A stretch of DNA of 64,000 nucleotides from an uncultured Candidatus Saccharibacteria bacterium (GTDB taxonomy: Bacteria; Patescibacteriota; Saccharimonadia; Saccharimonadales; 2-12-FULL-41-12): NCBI GenBank assembly GCA_964404795.1, contig CAYOLI010000002.1:7766-71765 (forward strand), read 5' to 3'. Both the position numbers and the translations under genes were made by a program. The notes below the pieces were generated by a model. It made no database searches and had not been told where the DNA came from. It saw only the letters and a program-made list of their open reading frames with translations. Shown here in pieces: positions 1 through 7,260 of this stretch. Each line of letters opens with the position of its first letter. Position 1 is the stretch's first letter.

Positions 1-272
1 ACTCAGAGCTCAACAATCCAATCGAGCAATTAAATCGCTTCAAAGAACAGCAAAGCATGCGCGACGCCGGGGATGATGAAGCAATGATGCTCGATATCGA
101 CTATGTCGAAGCGTTAGAGTACGGCATGCCACCAGCATGTGGATTTGGCTATAGCGAACGCTTATTTTGGTATCTGGAAGGTGTCACCGCCAGGGAAGGG
201 GTTATATTCCCACAAATGAGACGAGATATCGATCCCGTCACTAAAACCATCTATCCCGATTTGTATCAATAA
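1..272 (+). CDS. lysS: lysine--tRNA ligase, C-terminal fragment (5' end lies outside the window)
   Basis: The frame is open from the window edge. The tail DDEAMMLDIDYVEALEYGMPPACGFGYSERL...VIFPQMR matches the class II LysRS motif-3 C-terminus. Confidence 0.85.
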   Translation, partial: SELNNPIEQLNRFKEQQSMRDAGDDEAMMLDIDYVEALEYGMPPACGFGYSERLFWYLEGVTAREGVIFPQMRRDIDPVTKTIYPDLYQ

Positions 273-344
273 ATGCTAGACAACACAAGATGGTTAAGCT
301 AAAATAAACATGTAACAAATCTTTAAAAAAACAAAGAGAATTGT

Positions 345-1175
345 ATGAGGACAAATACCGGCCGTAGGTATGTAGTGCCACTTGTTTGGCTATTTTGCGT
401 TTTAACGAGCGTTATATTTTTGCAGCCAAAGGTAAATGCTGCAGATTCGTGGAATAGTGTAGGAACTCCTGGGTTCTCTAACCCTACGCAATTTTTAACA
501 TCCGCAATGGACGGAGACACTCCTTATGTAGCTTTTCGAGATTGGGGTAATGGATATAAACTTTCTGTAATGAAATACAATGGTAGCACGTGGGAGTTTG
601 TTGGTAGCCCCGCATTCTACTCAGGAGCTGATGTAGCAAATTCAATCGTTATTCACGCTGGTGTTCCTTATGTTGGCTTTGCAGACGGCAATAATGGAGG
701 CAAGGCGACAGTTATGCGCTTTAACGGCAGTAGCTGGGAGTTTGTCGGCAGCCCTGGTTTTTCAATTGGTGATGCTGGCTGGTTACAACTAAACATTGCA
801 AATAACGGGACTCCATACGTAGCTTTCTCCGAAGATATCGGGGTCAACGGTAGTGCGTCGGTAATGAAATATGATGGAGGTTCGTGGAGTTATGTTGGAG
901 CTCGCCAATTTACAGGACAGGGTGCAAATAATATTTCACTGGAATTTGATAATAATACACCTTACATATCCTTTTCAGATATAAGTATGACCCCTTATAG
1001 ATTATCGGTTATGCGCTTTAACGGCAGTAGCTGGGAGTTTGTCGGCAGCCCTAATTTCAACACACATAGTATTGATAATAGCCTTTACGGCCAAGCGATG
1101 CTTAAGATTAATAATCATACTCCTTATGTTGTTTTTAGAGATCTTAGCATGTACTCGGTTAGTGTTATGCGGTGA
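345..1175 (+). CDS. secreted repeat protein, 5' segment of a frameshifted gene (signal peptide plus repeated VM[KR][YF][ND]GS.WE[FY]VG units)
   Basis: N-terminal hydrophobic signal ending in VNA-AD. At least 5 copies of a ~50-aa unit (TPYVAF...SVMKYNGSTWEFVGSP). The ORF stops at TGA 1173-1175 in the middle of a repeat unit. Confidence 0.7.
   Translation: MRTNTGRRYVVPLVWLFCVLTSVIFLQPKVNAADSWNSVGTPGFSNPTQFLTSAMDGDTPYVAFRDWGNGYKLSVMKYNGSTWEFVGSPAFYSGADVANSIVIHAGVPYVGFADGNNGGKATVMRFNGSSWEFVGSPGFSIGDAGWLQLNIANNGTPYVAFSEDIGVNGSASVMKYDGGSWSYVGARQFTGQGANNISLEFDNNTPYISFSDISMTPYRLSVMRFNGSSWEFVGSPNFNTHSIDNSLYGQAMLKINNHTPYVVFRDLSMYSVSVMR
711..755 (+). repeat. 45-bp exact direct repeat, copy 1 (copy 2 at 1008..1052), inside the repeat-protein gene
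   Basis: gttatgcgctttaacggcagtagctgggagtttgtcggcagccct is identical at both positions in my manual comparison. Confidence 0.9.
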
Positions 1176-2106
1176 CGGCAGCAATTGGAATTTTCTAGGA
1201 GGTTCTGGAATAACTGGCTCAGATGTACAATTCGTTTCACTCGAATTTTACAATAACACACCCTATATTGCATTCGCTGATTATAGGCACGCTGGAAAAG
1301 CAACTGTACTAAGTTACGATGGAAGTAGTTGGGTCAGCGTAGGTACCTCCGGTTTCTCTGCTGGCTATTCGGCTTTCACGGAGATTATGTTTGACACCGC
1401 TGGCCACCCACATCTGGCATATGTCGATGATTCTTTGGCGAATAGAATCGTTGTGATGAAATTTGGGCCAGCGCCACCAGCGAATAACAGAACAGTGCCA
1501 AACGCTGAAGATGGAAAAGACATCCAAATCAATACACCGACCGGTACAACCATAACCTGTTCAACCGCTATAAAAGAGATCGCTTTGCCCGATCAAGATC
1601 CTGACTACCCATATCCTCTCGGGCTACTGGCTTATTGCTTTAATACCTCAGATGCCGACAATCAAGTAACTATTTTTTTTGAGACCGATCTAGATGCTGA
1701 TGAGCTAACCGCTAGAACCTACAACCCTTTTACGCACACCTTTTCGGACATAGACGATGTACAATATTCGGATTCGACTCTAAACGGACACCATGCGGTC
1801 AAAGTCGTTTACACAGTAACAGACAACACTGCCTTAGATATTAATGGTGCCGATAACAGCATCAATACAGTAATTGGCTTGGGTAAGCTAGCCGTTAGAA
1901 GAGCACATAGTACACCTGAAGGTTCAAGCTCTCAAAACTCTAGCCAACAAGGTAGCAACAGCGTTCGTTATCCAAACTCTGGTTTGTCTCCGAAAAATCC
2001 AATTCTGCAAATGCTTACATTAGGCATTGGTATAGCTTTAATTTCTCGCAGAATATTTCTTAAGAGAAAATTGAAACACAACTATATCCACCCTCGTAAT
2101 TTTTAA
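1162..2106 (+). CDS. 3' segment of the same repeat protein, with a C-terminal cell-wall-sorting-like signal (the start coordinate is nominal)
   Basis: In the +1 frame the repeat continues exactly from 1174 (DGSNWNFLGGSG...TPYIAFADYRHAGKATVLSYDGSSWVSVGTSGF). The C-terminus is YPNSG, then a hydrophobic stretch (ILQMLTLGIGIALI), then a basic tail (RRIFLKRKLK). The part of the tracked ORF upstream of ~1170 (from 1039) is out-of-frame read-through. Confidence 0.6.
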   Translation: MLCGDGSNWNFLGGSGITGSDVQFVSLEFYNNTPYIAFADYRHAGKATVLSYDGSSWVSVGTSGFSAGYSAFTEIMFDTAGHPHLAYVDDSLANRIVVMKFGPAPPANNRTVPNAEDGKDIQINTPTGTTITCSTAIKEIALPDQDPDYPYPLGLLAYCFNTSDADNQVTIFFETDLDADELTARTYNPFTHTFSDIDDVQYSDSTLNGHHAVKVVYTVTDNTALDINGADNSINTVIGLGKLAVRRAHSTPEGSSSQNSSQQGSNSVRYPNSGLSPKNPILQMLTLGIGIALISRRIFLKRKLKHNYIHPRNF

Positions 2107-2122
2107 AAAAATAGTAAAACAA

Positions 2123-2791
2123 ATGACAAGGAGACAAAAAGTAGTCAAGGTCAGCAAAGTAAACGAGACGATACTATGGCTCGCTGGAGTACTCTTGCTG
2201 GCTTTCGGGGCTTTTGGACTCTGGCAAAGATATTATCTAACCCATAAGCCGGCCAAACCATTATCTGACGAGGCAGTTACCTACTCTACGGATACGCCCG
2301 AGGAATCAAATGCCACAGAGGCATGCAGAGGGTACAATGCAGCCAAAGATCAACCAAGACAGATTGAGCTACAAAAAATAAACATAACCGGTTGCATCCA
2401 GAAAATTGGCACCGATCAGAACAATGCTGTAGCGGTCCCAACAAATGTGAATTTTGCTGGGTGGTTCGTAGATAGCCCAATCCCTGGCCAAGAAGGGGTA
2501 AGCTTAATAGATGGGCATGTGATAGGCCGCTATAGCAAAGCAATCTTTACAAGGTTAAACGAACTAAACGCTGGCGACATAGTACGCATACAGTACGGCG
2601 ATCATAGCTGGAAGTCGTTTGAAATAGTCCAAAAAGAAAGCTACACCAATGACAAAGCAGCGTCAGAAATGTTCTATAAATTGCCAGATGTAGGTAAGCA
2701 GCTCACACTCATTACCTGCACGGGTAAATGGTTACAGAACGACAAAACATACGATCATAGATTAATTGTTAGAACTAAGTTAGTCGACTAA
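2123..2791 (+). CDS. sortase family transpeptidase
   Basis: N-terminal TM anchor. Catalytic His (LIDGHV), Cys (QLTLITCTG, the TLxTC motif) and Arg (HRLIVR) are all present. Confidence 0.85.
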   Translation: MTRRQKVVKVSKVNETILWLAGVLLLAFGAFGLWQRYYLTHKPAKPLSDEAVTYSTDTPEESNATEACRGYNAAKDQPRQIELQKINITGCIQKIGTDQNNAVAVPTNVNFAGWFVDSPIPGQEGVSLIDGHVIGRYSKAIFTRLNELNAGDIVRIQYGDHSWKSFEIVQKESYTNDKAASEMFYKLPDVGKQLTLITCTGKWLQNDKTYDHRLIVRTKLVD

Positions 2792-2836
2792 AACAAATAT
2801 TCATTGTGTAATCATGGTATTATTAGCATAATTAAT

Positions 2837-3406
2837 ATGAAAGTAACACCGAAAATTCTTGATGCTGTTAAAATCGCCACTAGAGCCCATAGACATCAAA
2901 ACCGAAAAGCAACCGATACGCCCTACATAGTGCACCCCTATAGCGTGATGTTAATCGCATCACAAGTAACAGACGACGAGGACACCCTAATCGCTTGCCT
3001 ATTTCACGACATTCTCGAAGATGTCTCGGCAGAATATCCCGAATCCAAAATGCTGGATGAATTCGGCGACAGTGTAGTAACTATTGTTAAGGGTGTGACA
3101 AAGGACGACTCAATACTTGGCTGGCAGCCGCGATCGGAAGCGTACCTTGCAACCCTCAAAAACATAGCTCCTGATGAATCAGTCATTGTTGCTGCCGCTG
3201 ACAAGATCCATAACTTAACTACTATTATCGAAGATTATCCCAAGCAAGGCGAGAATTTTTGGAACCGGTTTGGCTCAGGACAGTCACAGCAGATTTGGTT
3301 TTACCAACAATCATTAGAGGTGGTAAAACAACGAATTCCTGATTTACCTCTGGTTGTCTGGCTTGAAAATTTGTTAGGTGAACTAAACAGACTGGTAGCC
3401 AAATAA
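2837..3406 (+). CDS. HD-domain phosphohydrolase (RelA/SpoT-type ppGpp-hydrolase-like HD_4)
   Basis: HRHQNRK...PYIVHP...LFHDILEDV is an HD motif pattern. ATG at 2837 is preferred over the longer tracked ORF starting at 2804. Confidence 0.7.
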   Translation: MKVTPKILDAVKIATRAHRHQNRKATDTPYIVHPYSVMLIASQVTDDEDTLIACLFHDILEDVSAEYPESKMLDEFGDSVVTIVKGVTKDDSILGWQPRSEAYLATLKNIAPDESVIVAAADKIHNLTTIIEDYPKQGENFWNRFGSGQSQQIWFYQQSLEVVKQRIPDLPLVVWLENLLGELNRLVAK

Positions 3407-3447
3407 CTCTAATTATTTCGCTACGTTGGTCTACGAAAATGTAGCTG

Positions 3448-3472
3448 TAGAGCCCCAAAAGTAGGGGCTCTA
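3448..3472. terminator. bidirectional intrinsic terminator hairpin between convergent genes
   Basis: Perfect 9-bp stem TAGAGCCCC / GGGGCTCTA with a 7-nt loop, lying between the stops at 3406 (+) and 3497 (-). Confidence 0.7.
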
Positions 3473-3496
3473 GTACATGCTTAGTTAAATTTCTAC

Positions 3497-4174
3497 TTAA
3501 AGTACGTCAACTACGTCGTTGTCGTTAACGGTGTTGTGACTATTAACATTGGTGTTAACGTCGGTTTTGTTGTTGCTGTCTTTAACAATAGTGTTGTCTG
3601 AAGCAACAGTGTTGTTACTAGCTACAGTGTTGTTACTAGCTACAGTGTTGCCGTTATTGTTGTTTGAATCAACTGTATTACCGTTTCCGTTGTGAGACTC
3701 GATAGTATTGCCGTTGTTATATTTATTGCCATTATTTGCTACAACTACTTTGGTTTTGTTAAAGCTATCGCTGATAGTCTTTGTCTTAGTAATAGTTGTG
3801 GTGTTGGTTGTACTTACAGAATAGGTGTTTGTCTGGTTGAAGCTTCCCGAGATACTTCCACCTCGTCCCCAGCCAAGGCCCATTGCTCCGGCTACTGATC
3901 CGCCAGATCCAGCTGTGTTAGCTTGAGAAATAGCAGGTGCTACACATGCAACTGGTGCTGAAGGTGCTGGCACTTCAGGAGCTGTGTTAGCTTGAGAAAT
4001 TGCAGGTCCACCTCGATGTGCTGACTCTGCATATACTTGACTGCTAAGCTCGGCTCGAACTACAGCAATAGTAACCAAAGCTACAATTGGTACTGCAAGT
4101 AGCATCCCCGCAAAAGCTGTTAAAAATGTTTTTGTAAGGTTTTGGTTTTGTGATGTAGTTATGACTTGAGCCAT
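3497..4174 (-). CDS. membrane-anchored or secreted Asn/Thr-rich low-complexity protein
   Basis: AGGAGG sits 7 nt upstream of the ATG at 4174 (MAQVITT...). TM/signal segment FLTAFAGMLLAVPIVALVTIAVV. Duplicated AISQANTA motif and NGNT/NNTVAS repeats. Confidence 0.65.
   Translation of the reverse strand: MAQVITTSQNQNLTKTFLTAFAGMLLAVPIVALVTIAVVRAELSSQVYAESAHRGGPAISQANTAPEVPAPSAPVACVAPAISQANTAGSGGSVAGAMGLGWGRGGSISGSFNQTNTYSVSTTNTTTITKTKTISDSFNKTKVVVANNGNKYNNGNTIESHNGNGNTVDSNNNNGNTVASNNTVASNNTVASDNTIVKDSNNKTDVNTNVNSHNTVNDNDVVDVL
3606..3650. repeat. 18-bp tandem repeat (about 2.5 copies) encoding NNTVAS units
   Basis: acagtgttgttactagct occurs twice in tandem, followed by a partial third copy. Confidence 0.85.
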
Positions 4175-4422
4175 AGCTTCCTCCTTAGAATAGTTATTTA
4201 TACCCCACTCGTACATCGAGCTTACAATATGTTAGTTCGATTGTAAAATATGTTACGAAGCATAAGAGTTTTCCTAATACGAATGTGCCGACAAAAAAAC
4301 TATCTCTAACAGATGTAGGGCATTTAAAGAAGCTAAGCCAAACAAATAGTTGTAATTAAAATAACAATACCTGTTTACTTCTTAGTAATGATTTACTTTT
4401 TCACCTAGCACAATCGATTTAA

Positions 4423-4431
4423 TGTTATAAT
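4423..4431 (+). promoter_or_regulatory. extended -10 promoter element (TGtTATAAT) for the small ORF at 4455
   Basis: TGTTATAAT lies ~24 nt upstream of a GGAG Shine-Dalgarno and the ATG at 4455. Confidence 0.45.
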
Positions 4432-4454
4432 AATCCCAAATTGGAGATAAGTAT

Positions 4455-4631
4455 ATGGCACATAAAGAAGACACAACTCACAAAGGATATCACGGAGATG
4501 GCGATTCAAGTATAGTGCTACAACATTCAAAACCATCTTATTGGACAGTAAAACATACAATACTTTCTACGACCGCTGTAGTTGTTTTTGCCCTACTGGG
4601 TTATATACTCGTAAAAGTCGCTACTAAATAG
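4455..4631 (+). CDS. small (58 aa) single-pass membrane protein, below the ORF-track size cutoff
   Basis: ATG preceded by a GGAG SD. MAHKEDTTHKGYHGDGDSS...TAVVVFALLGYILVKVATK has one C-terminal TM helix and its own promoter-like element. Confidence 0.5.
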   Translation: MAHKEDTTHKGYHGDGDSSIVLQHSKPSYWTVKHTILSTTAVVVFALLGYILVKVATK

Positions 4632-4647
4632 ATGATTAATTCTGTAA

Positions 4648-5538
4648 TTAATCACCTTCGTAGATTGCCTTAACACCGTTTTCGTTTCTAGTTTCAGCAA
4701 TCCAGCTCATAGCTTGATGTATCCTGTCGGGAGACACTTCAGATGAAGGAATAATTTGCCCAGGTATCATCTTGAATTTATTAAGATTGAAGTTTCCTCC
4801 AATTGGCCAAATGTCCCAATCTTTCTGAAGTAAACTCATTGTCCCACTGGTTACGCGCTTTAAGACGTATGCTCCTTGTGCATTCCTTCTTTCGGTGGTA
4901 GCTGCCGTCGACATAACACCTATACTGCCAACTTTTTTAGTGTTAAAGAAAAATTCGAAAACAGTGTTTCTATTATGAGCTTTTCGAAAATCAAGAGGAA
5001 TATCTGCATAGTTTTCGGTAGCAGGGAAGGTATAGTATACATTTGCAATCTGTGATGCCAAGCTGGTCAGTGGCCATTTACCTAGAATATCCACTGTTGC
5101 AAGTGCTCTTGTTGCAATGATGTGAGTATTTTTTGCGGCCTCTTTGTAGTCAGTTCCACTCTTGCCCAATGCTCTTTGAAGGCCGTACATTGCAAATGCG
5201 GGTTCAAACAGGTTCTGATGCCCTGTGATGACGCAAAGTCGACCTTTTTCCAAAGAGTGCCTTGCTTCCTCGATTGAAGGTAAATATGGGTTAATTACAC
5301 TTTTTTGAGTAGACAAAACACTTTTTTTTAGAACCGCACTAGCCAGTGAATCTATTAGCGCTGGGGTACATCTGTTTGGGTTGGCTTCAAAACAAATTTT
5401 ATCGAAATTGTGATTATCTCTGTTTGGGTCATATTCAGACGTCGAAACTAGCTTACTTAAAGACGATTCACCAAAATGACTTCTTGCTTTTTCTGCTAGG
5501 TTATTGTAAATCTCTAATTTATCAACATCTTGATCCAT
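4648..5538 (-). CDS. hypothetical protein (no confident family; possible acyltransferase-like H-x4-E motif ITGHQNLFEP)
   Basis: Long uninterrupted ORF with normal-complexity sequence. I recognised no family. Confidence 0.6.
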   Translation of the reverse strand: MDQDVDKLEIYNNLAEKARSHFGESSLSKLVSTSEYDPNRDNHNFDKICFEANPNRCTPALIDSLASAVLKKSVLSTQKSVINPYLPSIEEARHSLEKGRLCVITGHQNLFEPAFAMYGLQRALGKSGTDYKEAAKNTHIIATRALATVDILGKWPLTSLASQIANVYYTFPATENYADIPLDFRKAHNRNTVFEFFFNTKKVGSIGVMSTAATTERRNAQGAYVLKRVTSGTMSLLQKDWDIWPIGGNFNLNKFKMIPGQIIPSSEVSPDRIHQAMSWIAETRNENGVKAIYEGD

Positions 5539-5713
5539 ATTTAATCTTTATCGTAATACTTCATCTAACCTAGCGCAAGCATTAGAAAAATGGTATAAAT
5601 TGATCCATTTAATTACTCATTTTTTGCGTTGTTTTTTATACTTCGAAGTATATTGGTAACTTCTGTAATATGCTAAAATACTACAATAGTAACTTGCGGA
5701 TGAACCGATAGTT

Positions 5714-7216
5714 TTGGGTAATACTGACAATAAACCAGATAGACAATTAAGCTCGGATATTGTTACGGGTGAATTAGATGACTCCTCAAAAACAGAAGAA
5801 AACACAAATTTTATTTTTAACGATAAACCCTCTGCAGTATATGCAAACAAGCCGCCACCGCGAGACTGGGGGAATATAAGGCGCTGGACAATTATTGCCA
5901 TATTAGTATTGGTATTGTTGTTGTTTGGCTTTTTTTGCATTTCGTATCAAAATACACGGAAAATTAATAAGCTCCATTCTTTGCAGAATCAACTGCAGAG
6001 TCGTCTTGACGATATGCACGAATCAGATGCTACCGCTGATACCACCGATGTTGCAAAATTGGTAAAACAAGTTAGTCAAATTTACGATAATGTAAACAAT
6101 AAACTGCCAAAAAATATCCAAGAACAATACCAAAAAATTATAGATAAACTAACTTTAATCAGTCAGTCCTCTAACCAAACTCAGGCGACTTTAGCTAATC
6201 AGTTAATAGAGCAGTTAACTAACCATGCCGGTGAGGGGATTAACCTCTCTGGCAATAACAACTCGACAATTTCTAATACGGGCGTTCTATCTGTTAATAA
6301 TCTGAATGGGCACATACTAATCAAAGGAGTGTCTAATCAAACTGATGTCACTCAAAACGGATCTACACTTTATGTCGGTACAATACAAGACATATCCACT
6401 TCATCTAGTCCAACCTTCCAAAACCTGAATTTGAATGGAAATCTTGTAGCCACGAACAACATATCAGCCAACACACTCTCGATCACTTCAGCGGGAACTC
6501 AAAACGGCAATGCAATCTGTGATGCAAGCAACAACTGTGGATTTTCGAGTGTTAGCGGCTCTTATGTACAGGGAGGGAACAGCTTCGGTGCGCCCGCAGT
6601 GATTGGCACCACGGACAATCAACCCTTTAGTGTAATAACCAACAATATAAACAGATTATCTATCAATAACACCGGCGATGCTAGTTTTACTGGTAATCTA
6701 TCTGTTTCAGGGACTATCTCTGGAGATGGCTCTGGGCTTTCAAATGTTAATGCTTCTCAGCTAAATGGACAGTCGGCTAGCTATTACCTGAACGCCAGCA
6801 ATATTGGGGCAGGTACACTTAGCGATTCTCGTCTTAGTAGTAATGTAACCCTGCAAGGAAATACTTTCAATGGAGCAAATCAGCTTGTTCGACTTAATGG
6901 CTCTGGGGGACTACCCGCTGTGGATGGCTCTGGGCTTTCAAATGTTAATGCTACTCAGCTAAATGGACAGTCGGCTAGCTATTACCTGAACGCCAGCAAT
7001 CTTAACGCTGGCACATTAAGTGATGCTAGATTATCCGCAAACGTACCCCTAAAAATACAACCAACACTTTCACAGGGACAAATAACTTCGCTGGAGTTAC
7101 CGCAACCGGGATACTACAAAATGGCTTCCAGGTCTGTGACGCATCTAATAACTGCAATTACGCACCGCTGTCTGGATCCGGTAACTACATTTGGAACGGA
7201 ACTGGCACCCAAGTAG
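5714..7216 (+). CDS. N-terminally TM-anchored fibrous surface protein, 5' segment of a frameshifted ~1400-aa gene
   Basis: TTG start, TM helix WTIIAILVLVLLLFGFFCI, a coiled-coil-like stretch, then tail-fibre-like repeats (GDGSGLSNVNA[ST]QLNGQSASYYLNASN..GTLSD.RLS.NV). The last ~55 codons (after 7052) are out-of-frame read-through. Confidence 0.7.
   Translation: MGNTDNKPDRQLSSDIVTGELDDSSKTEENTNFIFNDKPSAVYANKPPPRDWGNIRRWTIIAILVLVLLLFGFFCISYQNTRKINKLHSLQNQLQSRLDDMHESDATADTTDVAKLVKQVSQIYDNVNNKLPKNIQEQYQKIIDKLTLISQSSNQTQATLANQLIEQLTNHAGEGINLSGNNNSTISNTGVLSVNNLNGHILIKGVSNQTDVTQNGSTLYVGTIQDISTSSSPTFQNLNLNGNLVATNNISANTLSITSAGTQNGNAICDASNNCGFSSVSGSYVQGGNSFGAPAVIGTTDNQPFSVITNNINRLSINNTGDASFTGNLSVSGTISGDGSGLSNVNASQLNGQSASYYLNASNIGAGTLSDSRLSSNVTLQGNTFNGANQLVRLNGSGGLPAVDGSGLSNVNATQLNGQSASYYLNASNLNAGTLSDARLSANVPLKIQPTLSQGQITSLELPQPGYYKMASRSVTHLITAITHRCLDPVTTFGTELAPK
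6725..6802 (+). repeat. 78-bp direct repeat, copy 1 (copy 2 at 6923..7000; 1 mismatch)
   Basis: gatggctctgggctttcaaatgttaatgct[t/a]ctcagctaaatggacagtcggctagctattacctgaacgccagcaat recurs 198 bp (66 codons) later. Confidence 0.9.
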
Positions 7217-7260
7217 CAAATATTAACATTCAGTCCGCAAACGCTTCCAATATTGGGGTT

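Noticed and set aside
1039-1170. The N-terminal 44 aa of tracked ORF 1039-2106 (MSAALISTHIVLIIAF...), which looks like a signal or TM segment.
   Set aside because: This stretch overlaps the well-supported repeat frame of ORF 345-1175. Repeat homology in the second frame begins only at 1174, so the hydrophobic 'N-terminus' is out-of-frame read-through.
1173-1175. Possibility that TGA is a sense codon (code 25 or code 4, as in some candidate-phyla lineages), which would remove the apparent truncation of the repeat protein.
   Set aside because: Reading through TGA in the original frame gives non-repeat sequence (RQQLEFSRR...). Several well-supported genes in the window terminate at TGA (e.g. 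the CHASE-domain kinase at 32870 and xth at 46549), which argues against TGA being a sense codon. The standard code fits the whole window.
1164-1180. An RF2-like programmed +1 frameshift at CGG-TGA-C.
   Set aside because: The UGA-C context resembles prfB. However, the P-site codon CGG cannot re-pair in the +1 frame, no upstream SD-like stimulator is evident, and the product would lack the conserved aromatic residue. I mention it only as an alternative under the corresponding finding.
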